Positions 46,731-56,528 of a stretch of 64,000 nt of DNA are shown in pieces; the stretch's first letter is position 1, and the number at the start of each line of letters is the position of its first letter. The stretch covers positions 3,008 to 67,007 of the forward strand of contig CAJWHN010000002.1 of the NCBI GenBank assembly GCA_913041085.1, written 5' to 3'. This stretch comes from an uncultured Flavobacteriales bacterium. Its GTDB lineage: Bacteria > Bacteroidota > Bacteroidia > Flavobacteriales > UBA7312. Under the pieces are notes generated by a model, which had not been told where the DNA came from, did no database searches, and was given only the letters and a program-made list of their open reading frames with translations. The position numbers and the translations under genes are program-made.

Positions 46731-47399
46731 TTATTTCCCCTCTAATACTATCACAAATTCTCCTTTAGGTTCTTTGGTTTCAAAGTGAGCTAATACTACC
46801 GCAACACTTCCCCTAATTGTTTCTTCAAATTTCTTGCTAATTTCTCTAGAAACAGAAACATTTCTATCCTCTCCCATATATTCAACAAATTGCGCTAATG
46901 TTTTTTTAACCCTATATGGAGACTCATAAAATACCATCGTTTTGGTTTCTTCTGCCAAAATTTTTAAGCGAGTCTGTCTTCCTTTTTTCTGAGGTAAAAA
47001 GCCCTCAAAAACAAACTTTTCACAAGGTAGACCAGAATTAACAAGTGCAGGAACAAAAGCTGTAGCTCCAGGCAAACAATCTACCTTAATATCGTTTTTT
47101 ACACATTCCCTAACCAATAAAAAGCCAGGGTCAGAAATAGCTGGAGTTCCAGCGTCTGTAATTAATGCAATAGTTTTCCCATCTGACAAAAACTCAATCC
47201 ATTTCTCTACCGTTTTATGCTCATTATACATATGATGTGAACGCATAGGAGTAGATATTTGATAGTATGCCATTAATTTAGCACTAGTGCGTGTGTCTTC
47301 AGCTAAGATTAGGTCTACTTCTTCTAGTATACGAACTGCTCTGAAAGTAAAATCTTCTAGATTTCCAATAGGTGTGGGAACTACAAACAATTTTGCCAT
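46731..47399 (-). CDS. rsmI: 16S rRNA (cytidine1402-2'-O)-methyltransferase
   Basis: LFVVPTPIGNLEDFTFRAVRILEEVDLILAEDTR. Confidence 0.9.
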   Translation of the reverse strand: MAKLFVVPTPIGNLEDFTFRAVRILEEVDLILAEDTRTSAKLMAYYQISTPMRSHHMYNEHKTVEKWIEFLSDGKTIALITDAGTPAISDPGFLLVRECVKNDIKVDCLPGATAFVPALVNSGLPCEKFVFEGFLPQKKGRQTRLKILAEETKTMVFYESPYRVKKTLAQFVEYMGEDRNVSVSREISKKFEETIRGSVAVVLAHFETKEPKGEFVIVLEGK

Positions 47400-47408
47400 T
47401 ACACAAAT

Positions 47409-48284
47409 TTAAAAGAAAATAGGGTAAAACTTAGTTTCAGGAGTGATTAAGATGGCTGGTGTAGGGATTTTTATATAATTCAACCAATGTTTAACACGCT
47501 TTGCCGTCGGTGTATCCCAACGTTTGAGCACACGCTTTAAATCATAGTCTAATGCAATGTAAATTTCGTTGTTGCCTCCAACTTTTGTGTTTTTTGAATT
47601 GAGATACTGTTTGTCATCTAATCCAAAACCAATAGAAAGTCCAACGTCTATGTTCCTATCCTTTAGCGGATAAACAGTTAACCAATAGGTTTGATTAACA
47701 TAATCATCTTGATAGGCGTGTGGATGTGGTGGTGCCCAAGGTTTTTGTTGCTCGCCAAGCTCCCAATACCGATTACTTCTTTTATAATAACTCATTTTGA
47801 AGTCGATATATTTCATAGGCTTCCAGTACATTTCTGCAACAGGGACTAATGCCCCAATAGATCCTGTTCCAAAATCCCAAATGCTAAAGCCCCAATAAGG
47901 AGCATAAGCATCTTTCATCTCTATCGCCAACTGTATAAAAGAACCCATAGCTGCTCCGTACCAATACGATTTCTTTTCATTCATACCTACCCATTTCAAA
48001 TTAGAATGAAAAAGGTCTGCAACAAGTACGCCACCAAAAAAGTGACCGCCTTTATCAATGTTTCTAGCGTATCTAAGATCTGAACCATCGTCAAAATGAA
48101 AGGATCTAGACTGATCGCTCCACCAAGAATTTTGAACATAAATGTAAGAGCCTACTAGCACAGATGCCCCACTTGCTAAAACAATACCTAATCTATAAGG
48201 ATTAATTTTAGTAGTATCAGCTTGTGAATAAGCACTAAAACTGGTGCTAAAAAAGAAAAGAATGATAAGAAAATAATTTCTCAT
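47409..48284 (-). CDS. Secreted protein of unknown function (DUF2279-like)
   Basis: Signal peptide MRNYFLIILFFFSTSFSAYSQ and a DKGGHFFGG motif. The family assignment is from memory only. Confidence 0.4.
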   Translation of the reverse strand: MRNYFLIILFFFSTSFSAYSQADTTKINPYRLGIVLASGASVLVGSYIYVQNSWWSDQSRSFHFDDGSDLRYARNIDKGGHFFGGVLVADLFHSNLKWVGMNEKKSYWYGAAMGSFIQLAIEMKDAYAPYWGFSIWDFGTGSIGALVPVAEMYWKPMKYIDFKMSYYKRSNRYWELGEQQKPWAPPHPHAYQDDYVNQTYWLTVYPLKDRNIDVGLSIGFGLDDKQYLNSKNTKVGGNNEIYIALDYDLKRVLKRWDTPTAKRVKHWLNYIKIPTPAILITPETKFYPIFF

Positions 48285-48307
48285 AGTATTAGATGTAAAT
48301 CAATGCT

Positions 48308-48315
48308 TACATTTG
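48308..48315 (+). promoter_or_regulatory. -7 box TACATTTG upstream of tdk
   Basis: Exact TAnnTTTG. It lies inside the ORF-track extension, so the true start is the ATG at 48333. Confidence 0.4.
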
Positions 48316-48332
48316 TTTACAAAGTTAATCGA

Positions 48333-48890
48333 ATGTTTTTAGAAAAGAATAAAATTAGAAAAGGAAGTATTGAAGTCATTTGTGGTTCTATGTTCTCGGG
48401 CAAAACAGAAGAATTAATTAGAAGACTTGGGCGAGCTAAAATAGCTAAGCAAAGTGTAATTATCTGCAAACCATCTATAGAAGACAGATACGATAAGGAT
48501 AAAGTAGTGTCTCATAATATGAGGGCAATAGATTGTGTAGCTGTTGGGGATGCAACTGATATTATCGAATTATGCCAGGATAAAGAAGTGGTAGGGATTG
48601 ATGAAGCACAATTTTTCAATAATAATCTAGTTGAAGTATGTAACCAATTAGCCAATCAAGGAGTTCGTATTATTATTGCTGCTTTAGATATGGATTATGA
48701 AGGCAATCCCTTTGAACCTATCCCTCAATTGATGTCTATTGCAGAAGATGTAACTAAAGTTCGTGCTATTTGTATACAGTGTGGTGATTTGGCTAATTAT
48801 TCATACAGAATAGTAGATAAAGACGAACAAATATTATTGGGAGAAAACAACGAATACGAAGCTCGTTGCAGAAATTGTTTTAGTAAATAA
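48333..48890 (+). CDS. tdk: Thymidine kinase
   Basis: P-loop GSMFSGKTEEL, IDEAQFF, and zinc ribbon CIQCG...RCRNC. Confidence 0.9.
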   Translation: MFLEKNKIRKGSIEVICGSMFSGKTEELIRRLGRAKIAKQSVIICKPSIEDRYDKDKVVSHNMRAIDCVAVGDATDIIELCQDKEVVGIDEAQFFNNNLVEVCNQLANQGVRIIIAALDMDYEGNPFEPIPQLMSIAEDVTKVRAICIQCGDLANYSYRIVDKDEQILLGENNEYEARCRNCFSK

Positions 48891-49972
48891 TGACCAATAC
48901 CCACGAAACCATACTACATGTCAACCTCAATACTCTTGAGTCTAACTTTAACTTTCTTAAAAGTAAACTTCCTAATGGTGTAAAAACTATTGCAGTAGTT
49001 AAAGCTTTTGCTTATGGTTTGGGTGATATAGAAATTTCAAAACACCTAGAAAAATTGGGCGTTCACGCTTTTTGGGTAGCAGACTTTGAGGAAGGTGTTC
49101 AATTACGAAAAGAAGGAATCACTAGGCCAATAATCGTAGCCAACCCTGGATATAAAAGTGTAGAAACAATTATTCAATTTCAATTAGAGCCTGTAATATT
49201 TAATCATAGACTACTTGAGTTATATGCCAATTTTAAAGAAAAGGTTTCTATTCATTTGAAGTTTAATACAGGTATGAATAGGTATGGTTTTGAAACAACT
49301 GACGTACAAGAAATCCTTCCTATACTTAAAAACAATCCTCAACTCAAAATAGAGAGTGTATGTTCACATTTGTCATCTTCTAATGACTCAAATAAAGATG
49401 ATTTTAGCGAAGGACAAATTCAGCAATTTAATGAGGTGTGTAAAAATCTAGAAGCCTCTCTTGGAATACATATTCCATCTCATATAATGAATAGTAATGG
49501 AGCTATGCGTTTTAGTGCTGACTCTAACGAATGGATTAGGTTAGGGATTGCTTTATATGGAGGATTAGAACATCCTAATTTGAAACAAATTTTCAGCTTA
49601 AAAAGTGTAATCAGTCAAATAAGATTTATCAAAAAAGGTCAGAGTGTAGGTTATCAAAACTCATTTGTAGCGTATAAAGATATGCACGTTGCAGTTATAC
49701 CAGTTGGATATGCTGACGGACTCAATAGAAAATTAGGAAACCAAAATGGGCAAGTCTTCATCAAGGATACTGCATGTCGTATAATTGGTGATATAAGTAT
49801 GGATAGCTTTGTAGCTGACATCTCCGAAGTCTATACTCAAGAAGGGCAAGAGGTTACTATTTTTAGTCCTAAATACAGTGTTTCTAAATTAGCACACGAT
49901 TTGGACACCATTCCCTACGAAATAATGGCAACTCTCAACCGTAGGATAAAACGTATTTACTCGAAAGAGTAA
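48890..49972 (+). CDS. alr: Alanine racemase
   Basis: AVVKAFAYG PLP-lysine motif and a C-terminal YEIMATL pattern. Confidence 0.9.
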   Translation: MTNTHETILHVNLNTLESNFNFLKSKLPNGVKTIAVVKAFAYGLGDIEISKHLEKLGVHAFWVADFEEGVQLRKEGITRPIIVANPGYKSVETIIQFQLEPVIFNHRLLELYANFKEKVSIHLKFNTGMNRYGFETTDVQEILPILKNNPQLKIESVCSHLSSSNDSNKDDFSEGQIQQFNEVCKNLEASLGIHIPSHIMNSNGAMRFSADSNEWIRLGIALYGGLEHPNLKQIFSLKSVISQIRFIKKGQSVGYQNSFVAYKDMHVAVIPVGYADGLNRKLGNQNGQVFIKDTACRIIGDISMDSFVADISEVYTQEGQEVTIFSPKYSVSKLAHDLDTIPYEIMATLNRRIKRIYSKE

Positions 49973-51135
49973 GTCGAAAAAATGAAAGACAGATAACAAT
50001 ACAAAACTGCTGTATTGTGATTTTGCAAATAGGTGTCTGTCAACATTATTACCAAAAAAACAGCAGGAAATATCATCCGAAAATACCCTTGATTTAGTGA
50101 CTTATATGCCTTTAGCTGAAAAAAGAATATGGATAAAAAAACCAATACCCCCACCAATCCAAGTTCAAACCAAATGAAAAGGTAATTATTATGAGGGGTT
50201 TTATGAACCCCAGCAAGAATTTTAGTTGCGTGTTCGCTAATTGAAGAAAACTCTTTTACAAAGCTACCGGTACCATAACCTAATACTGGTTTTTCTTTTA
50301 TTTTTTCAAACGAATACTCATAAAGATAATAGCGGGTATTTAAACTATTGACCTTATTTTTTTCTAATTGTGTAAGTTGTATTTGAATGCTATCTATTCT
50401 TTGCCTGAAATGAGGAGATATAGAATAAGCCATTATATTAATTCCTATTACGGCTAAAACAGATAGAAAAATAAGGCTTTTCTTATGCCAAAAAGCAAGT
50501 ATAGAAAAGGATAAGAAAATAAATATAAAAGCAAGCTGTCCACTTCTACCGTTTTCAGTATAGAGACTCAGTAAAAATAAGATGGAAATAAAAATTAGTA
50601 CTATTCTTAACTTTTTATTGGAAGAGCTATTGAACAAAAGAAAAAAGGTGACAAGCAATGAAAAAGCTAGAAATACATTATGATCTGTATAAGTCATAAA
50701 GGCCGGATTTTGCCAATTTGTAGCAAATATAGAGGAGTATTTAAAGAGGTGTTTTATCCATTCTAGGTTTATCAAATTGGCAATGAGTGCAGAAAGTGTT
50801 GTCGCTGAAAGAAAGGCAACTAAAGAATATTTTACCACTTTTTGACTAAAGCTAAGAGTATATAAAATAGGTAAAAGTAAGAGTAATGCACTTTTTTGAA
50901 ATAGCCATTCAGCCCCTTGGTGATTAGTACCCCACAGCATACCCACTACATAAAGAAAAAGCAAAGCCAATAAGGAAAGTATCCAAGAACTAGATTTAAT
51001 CTTATTCCACTTTGATTTAAACTGACCTTCAAATAACCATAAAATAGCTAGAGAAAAAACGGCTACGTCAGTTACAAAAATTGATATAGGGGCAAAAAAT
51101 GCTAAGGTAATTAATGCTATTCCTTTAGGTTTCAT
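49957..51135 (-). CDS. O-antigen ligase (Wzy_C)-family polytopic membrane protein
   Basis: 392 aa, about 10 TM, with ...TENGRSGQLAF... and an HNNYL loop typical of the O-antigen ligase family. Confidence 0.65.
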   Translation of the reverse strand: MKPKGIALITLAFFAPISIFVTDVAVFSLAILWLFEGQFKSKWNKIKSSSWILSLLALLFLYVVGMLWGTNHQGAEWLFQKSALLLLLPILYTLSFSQKVVKYSLVAFLSATTLSALIANLINLEWIKHLFKYSSIFATNWQNPAFMTYTDHNVFLAFSLLVTFFLLFNSSSNKKLRIVLIFISILFLLSLYTENGRSGQLAFIFIFLSFSILAFWHKKSLIFLSVLAVIGINIMAYSISPHFRQRIDSIQIQLTQLEKNKVNSLNTRYYLYEYSFEKIKEKPVLGYGTGSFVKEFSSISEHATKILAGVHKTPHNNYLFIWFELGLVGVLVFLSIFFFQLKAYKSLNQGYFRMIFPAVFLVIMLTDTYLQNHNTAVLYCYLSFIFSTYSFE

Positions 51136-52796
51136 TACTGAATGCTATCACCACGAAGGATAGCGTCATAAAGCTCCATATTGTCCAAAACGTCAATGGC
51201 TTTTGCTATTTCTTCGTCATGCTTTATAGTAGTTTCTATTTTTCCTTTTTGATAGAAATATCGTGTTACAATTTCCATTTCTAAAAGCTCACTTATCTCG
51301 GATTTGAATCGTTCAATATCGTTATTTTTACTTTCTTCCATTTTTGAGCTTAACACTTCCAATTGTTCTTGCAATTCGGAAAGGTATTTTTCCCCCTCAG
51401 CGTCTTTTTCAAGATTTTTAATCGCCTTTTCGGTTTTAGTTTCGTACTCATATTCCTTGTCGTTGAGGTATTGCTTGAATTGACTATAAACATCATCGCT
51501 AATAACAAAAGATTTTGCATCATCAATAGATTCATTATTTCTTCTATACTGATTAGCAAAATTGAAAATATGACGTTTAGATACTAAACTTCTCAAAATG
51601 TTACTGAATTTCTCTGGTTCAATTGTAATGTCTGGAGTAATTCCTCCACCATCAAAAACAGAACGCTCATTAACTAAAGTCTTGAATTCTGTTCTCAAAC
51701 TATCAGGCACTTTACCTACGCTTCCATCTTCATCTCTATTGGAGTAGTCAAGTGCTTGGATACATCTTCCACTAGGAATATAATATTTTGCGGTAGTTAC
51801 CTTTAACTGGGCATTGTAGCTCAATTTTCTAGTTTGCTGAACCAAACCCTTACCAAAACTGCGTTGCCCTATTACAACACCTCTATCAAAATCTTGTAAA
51901 GCTCCTGAAACTATTTCAGATGCTGAAGCTGAACTTCTATTTATCAGTACTACTAAAGGAATTTCTGTATCAATAGCCTCGTTTCTTGCTTTATAGCTTT
52001 TATCCCAATCTTTAATTTTTCCTTTGGTAAAAACAATTTCTTTACCTCTATCAATAAAAATATTAGCCATACTAATAGCCTCATTTAGAAGCCCTCCTGG
52101 GTTGCCTCTCAAATCTAAAACCAAACCTTTTAAATCATTATTGGTATTCATATCTTTATAAGCATCAATCACTTCTTTTGAGATTTTACGAGTAAAAGAA
52201 CGGGTTTTGATATAGCCAATGCTGTCAGAAATTAACCCATAATACGGCACCGAATTGAGTTTGATTTCTTCTCTTATTATTTCTACCTCAAAAGGTTTAG
52301 CAAGACCTTCTCTTTCTATCAATACTTTAACGGCTGTATTAGGTTCACCTTTTAGCACTTTACTGACATCTTCAGTTGACTTACGTTTAGCAGATTCCCC
52401 AGCAATTTCAACAAACTTATCACCAGCAATAAGTCCAGCTTTATCAGCAGGAAAGCCTTCATAAGGCTCACTGACATATACCCAGTCACCATTTTTAGTA
52501 ATAACAGCTCCTATACCTCCATACTGTCCTGTTGTCATAAATTCAAAATCTTCCTTTTCAGATTCTGGAATGTATGTAGTATAAGGGTCAAGGGATTCCA
52601 ACATAGCATCTATGCCTGTTTTCATCAGCTCACCAGCGTCAGTTTCATCAACATAATAAATGTTTAACTCTTTGTATAGAGAACTAAAAATGTCTAGGTT
52701 TTTAGAAATTTCAAAGAAGTTATCTACAAAGCCAAGAGATAAAATACTGGCTAATGATAAGCCAATGATAAGCGTGTATTTTTTAATTTTTTTCAT
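51135..52796 (-). CDS. ctpA: S41-family C-terminal processing peptidase
   Basis: PDZ region followed by LDLRGNPGGLL and NRSSASASEIVSGALQD catalytic motifs. Confidence 0.85.
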   Translation of the reverse strand: MKKIKKYTLIIGLSLASILSLGFVDNFFEISKNLDIFSSLYKELNIYYVDETDAGELMKTGIDAMLESLDPYTTYIPESEKEDFEFMTTGQYGGIGAVITKNGDWVYVSEPYEGFPADKAGLIAGDKFVEIAGESAKRKSTEDVSKVLKGEPNTAVKVLIEREGLAKPFEVEIIREEIKLNSVPYYGLISDSIGYIKTRSFTRKISKEVIDAYKDMNTNNDLKGLVLDLRGNPGGLLNEAISMANIFIDRGKEIVFTKGKIKDWDKSYKARNEAIDTEIPLVVLINRSSASASEIVSGALQDFDRGVVIGQRSFGKGLVQQTRKLSYNAQLKVTTAKYYIPSGRCIQALDYSNRDEDGSVGKVPDSLRTEFKTLVNERSVFDGGGITPDITIEPEKFSNILRSLVSKRHIFNFANQYRRNNESIDDAKSFVISDDVYSQFKQYLNDKEYEYETKTEKAIKNLEKDAEGEKYLSELQEQLEVLSSKMEESKNNDIERFKSEISELLEMEIVTRYFYQKGKIETTIKHDEEIAKAIDVLDNMELYDAILRGDSIQ

Positions 52797-52811
52797 TGTT
52801 TTTATTGAGTA

Positions 52812-53033
52812 TTAAGGGACTGGGTCATGACCATGGCCACCCCAAGGATGACAGCTTGATAGTCGCTTAATGGTTAACCACAAACCTTTATAAGGTCCGT
52901 GTTTTTTAATTGCTTGAAGTCCATATTCTGAACAACTAGGAGTGTATCTACATCGTGGCGAAAACAAAGGTGAAATTGCTCCTTTGTAAAAAAAAAATAT
53001 AGCTTGTAGCAACACTGAAATTAATCGTCTCAT
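52812..53033 (-). CDS. yidD: Membrane protein insertion efficiency factor
   Basis: [27 protein letters not shown] and C-terminal [12 protein letters not shown]. Confidence 0.9.
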   Translation of the reverse strand: MRRLISVLLQAIFFFYKGAISPLFSPRCRYTPSCSEYGLQAIKKHGPYKGLWLTIKRLSSCHPWGGHGHDPVP

Positions 53034-53407
53034 ACTTCATCTGCTAAACGATGTAAAGTTACACTTATTTTATCTTCAATTTCAGTAAATGATAAAATGC
53101 TTGGTAAAGTATAAACTAACATTAAATTGATGGATTTATTTTCTTGCAATAATTTTTCTACAAGAAGGGACTTTTGTTTTCTATAGGCTTCTCTTACCAA
53201 ACGTTTTATATGATTGCGTTGACTAGCCTTGGACAGTCTTTTTTTGGGAACACTTATTGCTACTTTGACGGTTGATTGTAAAGTGTCATCTTCTTGCCAG
53301 ATGGCTTTAAAAGGAAATTCGTATAACCTTTCCCCCTCTGTAAAAAGAGTTTCAATTCTACGAGAACTGCAGAGCCTATCTTCTTTTGAAAAATGCTGTG
53401 AGGCCAT
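53030..53407 (-). CDS. rnpA: Ribonuclease P protein component
   Basis: 125 aa, basic, with ...[25 protein letters not shown]... (RNR motif). ATGA overlap with yidD. Confidence 0.85.
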   Translation of the reverse strand: MASQHFSKEDRLCSSRRIETLFTEGERLYEFPFKAIWQEDDTLQSTVKVAISVPKKRLSKASQRNHIKRLVREAYRKQKSLLVEKLLQENKSINLMLVYTLPSILSFTEIEDKISVTLHRLADEV

Positions 53408-53427
53408 AATAAGAAATAGGAAATAAA

Positions 53428-54183
53428 CTAACGCTTATTAACCTGCTTGATATATTGTTCAAGCGCCATTGTCATAGAAGGATTTTCTGGACTTGGTGCT
53501 TTTATATTGAGTTTTAGACCCGCATCTGCAACTGCTTTAGACGTAGTTGGCCCAAAGGCTGCAATACGTGTGTCATTTTGCTTGAATTTAGGGTAATTCT
53601 GATAGAGCGACTTAATCCCTGAAGGCGAATAGAACACCAAGATATCGTAAAAAACATTTTCCAAATCTGAGAGGTCGCTGCATACAGTTTTATACATAAC
53701 AGCCTTGGTAAAGTCAAACCCACTTTTAGCCAAAAATTCGGGAATACTATCTTTCAAAATATCAGAACAAGGTAATAAAAACTTACTGTCTTTATTCTTT
53801 TTCAATACAGGCAATAAATCTTCAATTTTTTGTCTTCCGATAAATACTTTACGCTTTCTGTAAGTAATGTATTTTTGTAGGTAATAGGCAATTGCTTCTG
53901 AAACACAAAAATACTTCATTTCTTCAGGCACGGTAATACGAGTGGCTTCACACATTCTAAAGAAATGATCCATCGAGTTTTTACTCGTAAAAATTACCGC
54001 ATTATGACTTAGAATACTTATCTTCTGCTGACGGAATTCTTTAGCTGTTAATCCCTCAACATGAATAAAAGGTCTAAAGTCAATCTTCACATTACATTTC
54101 TTTGCTAAGCTGAAATAGGGTGACTTGTTAGATTCGGGTTTGGGCTGAGAAACCAAAATGGTCTTAACTTTATTCTCTTTCAA
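53428..54183 (-). CDS. hemD: Uroporphyrinogen-III synthase-family protein
   Basis: KVKTILVSQPKPE...SPYFSL... is the Bacteroidota HemD-like pattern. The start codon is apparently TTG. Confidence 0.7.
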   Translation of the reverse strand: MKENKVKTILVSQPKPESNKSPYFSLAKKCNVKIDFRPFIHVEGLTAKEFRQQKISILSHNAVIFTSKNSMDHFFRMCEATRITVPEEMKYFCVSEAIAYYLQKYITYRKRKVFIGRQKIEDLLPVLKKNKDSKFLLPCSDILKDSIPEFLAKSGFDFTKAVMYKTVCSDLSDLENVFYDILVFYSPSGIKSLYQNYPKFKQNDTRIAAFGPTTSKAVADAGLKLNIKAPSPENPSMTMALEQYIKQVNKR

Positions 54184-54224
54184 AAGACTGTTTGTTTAGT
54201 GTTCCACATTAGACCAAAAACAAC

Positions 54225-54854
54225 TTAATAAAGGTGTTTTATTATAATTATAATTGGCAAAATTTCGAATATGCAAAGATATATAATTATATGAGCTTTA
54301 GGAAGTGAACTGTTAAAAAAACTTAAATATAGCATTCTTAGCCATTTGTAAAACAAAGTCAATAGCAAAAAAATAGTGATGAATCTAAATACAAAATCCG
54401 TTTGTATAGAACCATAAAACAAAACTAAAGAGAGAGGAAAAAGTACCACTCCTACGACTTTTTCATATAAAAAGGATTGAAAAATAACCTCTTCAAACAA
54501 ATAATTTTTTTCAAAAATATACCCTAAACAAAGTAAGCATAGGTATTTAGTAATTAAAAATAAACCAACCCAAAAAATAAGTTTTGCAAAATAACTTATG
54601 GATGGATTATGAAAGGAAAGAAACAAAGCAAATGATAAAATAAAAACAGGTAATAGATATAGTTTGTGTTTTGAGTTTGTTTCTTCTCTGAGGTATTGGT
54701 TAGAAAATTTTTGACTATATGATGACTTTAGAATAAGTGTAAATAGATTCGAAAAATTAAACTTTAAAATTGCAATGTAGGCTAGAATAACAAGAAAAGA
54801 TAAAAACACCCAATGGGTGGACGATATGGGATTTAAGTGTGCTATTAAATCCAT
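54225..54854 (-). CDS. DUF4271-like polytopic membrane protein
   Basis: 209 aa with 5-6 TM segments. It sits immediately upstream of hemD. Confidence 0.55.
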   Translation of the reverse strand: MDLIAHLNPISSTHWVFLSFLVILAYIAILKFNFSNLFTLILKSSYSQKFSNQYLREETNSKHKLYLLPVFILSFALFLSFHNPSISYFAKLIFWVGLFLITKYLCLLCLGYIFEKNYLFEEVIFQSFLYEKVVGVVLFPLSLVLFYGSIQTDFVFRFITIFLLLTLFYKWLRMLYLSFFNSSLPKAHIIIYLCIFEILPIIIIIKHLY

Positions 54855-55202
54855 TTACTCTAAATATCCATCGTTTATCCAATCGATTAACTTTTGCTTA
54901 TCGGCATCAGACAAATTGCCAGAGGGTGGCATTCGATAAAATTCATCATCTGAGTTAAGCCTATCTATCATTGTATTTGTACCATCAAGATAGTTTTTAA
55001 TAGATTCATAGTTTGTCAAATCTACAATGTATGCATTTTGATTAGGAGAATGACAGCCTAAACAAGACGACTCCAAAATAGTCTTCACACTTGAGTATGT
55101 TTCTACTTGAGGAGTAGGGTCAATTGGTTCAGGTATTTCTTCCTTTTTACATGAAGTAAATAGGATTGCTAATAGAAGGGCAGAAAAAAGAATTAACCTC
55201 AT
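54855..55202 (-). CDS. Small lipoprotein with a c-type haem-binding motif
   Basis: Lipobox LFTSC and CxxCH motif SSCLGCHSP. The later YRMPP could supply a distal Met ligand. Its stop directly abuts the DUF4271 start (54854/54855). Confidence 0.6.
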   Translation of the reverse strand: MRLILFSALLLAILFTSCKKEEIPEPIDPTPQVETYSSVKTILESSCLGCHSPNQNAYIVDLTNYESIKNYLDGTNTMIDRLNSDDEFYRMPPSGNLSDADKQKLIDWINDGYLE

Positions 55203-55249
55203 TAAAATTGATTTTCACGCAATTTAGCTATTTATCATAAATTATTCAA

Positions 55250-55257
55250 TAATTTTG
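55250..55257 (+). promoter_or_regulatory. -7 box TAATTTTG upstream of the acyl-CoA dehydrogenase
   Basis: Exact TAnnTTTG 22 nt upstream of the ATG at 55280. Confidence 0.4.
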
Positions 55258-55279
55258 TACCCACTTAATTCATATTATT

Positions 55280-56458
55280 ATGTCAACAGATTTATTTCAA
55301 GCACCTGATTACTTTCAATTAGATGAGCTGCTAAATGACGAACACAAATTAGTTCGTGAAGCTGCTAGAGATTGGGTAAAGAGAGAAGTTTCGCCTATTA
55401 TTGAGGATAGCTGTCAGAAAGCGGAGTTTCCAAAACATCTTATTAGTGGTTTAGCTGATATTGGTGCCTTTGGGCCTTACATTCCAGCTGAATATGGTGG
55501 TGCTGGCTTAGACCAAATTTCTTATGGTCTAATAATGCAAGAATTGGAAAGAGGTGATAGTGGAATTCGCTCGACTGCCTCTGTTCAGTCATCTTTAGTG
55601 ATGTATCCTATTTTCAAGTATGGCAACGAAGAACAACGTCAGCGTTTTCTTCCTAAGCTAGCTAGTGGCGAAATGGTGGGTTGTTTTGGTCTTACTGAAC
55701 CTGATTTTGGGTCAAATCCAGCAGGAATGGTAACCAACTTTAAAGATATGGAAGACCATTACCTTCTTAATGGTGCCAAATTATGGATTTCTAATTCTCC
55801 CTTTGCTGACATCGCAATTGTCTGGGCAAAAAACGAACAAGGACGTATTAAAGGCTTGATTGTTGAAAGAGGTATGGAAGGTTTTACCACGCCAGAAACA
55901 CATAATAAATGGAGTTTAAGAGCTTCTGCAACAGGGGAATTGGTATTTGATAATGTGAAAGTACCTAAAGAAAATTTATTACCTAATAAAGATGGTCTTG
56001 GTGCACCGCTAGGTTGTTTGGATTCAGCACGTTATGGAATTGCATGGGGAACTATTGGTGCCGCTATGGATTGTTATGATACTGCTTTAAGGTATTCTAA
56101 GCAACGTATACAATTTGGCAAACCTATTGCAGGATTTCAATTACAACAGAAAAAATTAGCTGAAATGATTACTGAAATCACTAAAGCACAATTTATCACT
56201 TGGCGATTGGGTGTTCTTAGAAATGAAGGTAAAGCAACTACTGCACAAATTTCTATGTGTAAAAGAAACAATGTAGATATGGCATTGACTATAGCTAGAG
56301 ATGCTAGACAAATGCTAGGTGGTATGGGAATTACTGGTGAATACCCTATTATGCGTCATATGATGAATTTAGAATCGGTAGTGACTTATGAAGGAACACA
56401 CGATATTCATCTCTTAATCACGGGATTAGATATTACTGGAGAGAATGCTTTTAAGTAA
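55280..56458 (+). CDS. Acyl-CoA dehydrogenase (glutaryl-CoA dehydrogenase-like)
   Basis: 392 aa with FGLTEPDFGSNP...WISNSP...YEGTHDIH motifs. Confidence 0.85.
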   Translation: MSTDLFQAPDYFQLDELLNDEHKLVREAARDWVKREVSPIIEDSCQKAEFPKHLISGLADIGAFGPYIPAEYGGAGLDQISYGLIMQELERGDSGIRSTASVQSSLVMYPIFKYGNEEQRQRFLPKLASGEMVGCFGLTEPDFGSNPAGMVTNFKDMEDHYLLNGAKLWISNSPFADIAIVWAKNEQGRIKGLIVERGMEGFTTPETHNKWSLRASATGELVFDNVKVPKENLLPNKDGLGAPLGCLDSARYGIAWGTIGAAMDCYDTALRYSKQRIQFGKPIAGFQLQQKKLAEMITEITKAQFITWRLGVLRNEGKATTAQISMCKRNNVDMALTIARDARQMLGGMGITGEYPIMRHMMNLESVVTYEGTHDIHLLITGLDITGENAFK

Positions 56459-56479
56459 TTAAACGCTACATATATTCAT

Positions 56480-56511
56480 AAAAAAAGCTCGCTATTTGCG
56501 AGCTTTTTTTT
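56480..56511. terminator. Bidirectional rho-independent terminator between the convergent acyl-CoA dehydrogenase and nrdA
   Basis: AAAAAAAGCTCGC-TATTT-GCGAGCTTTTTTTT. A 7-bp stem is flanked by A7 and T8 runs. Confidence 0.8.
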
Positions 56512-56528
56512 AGTTAGCTTGGATTCTT

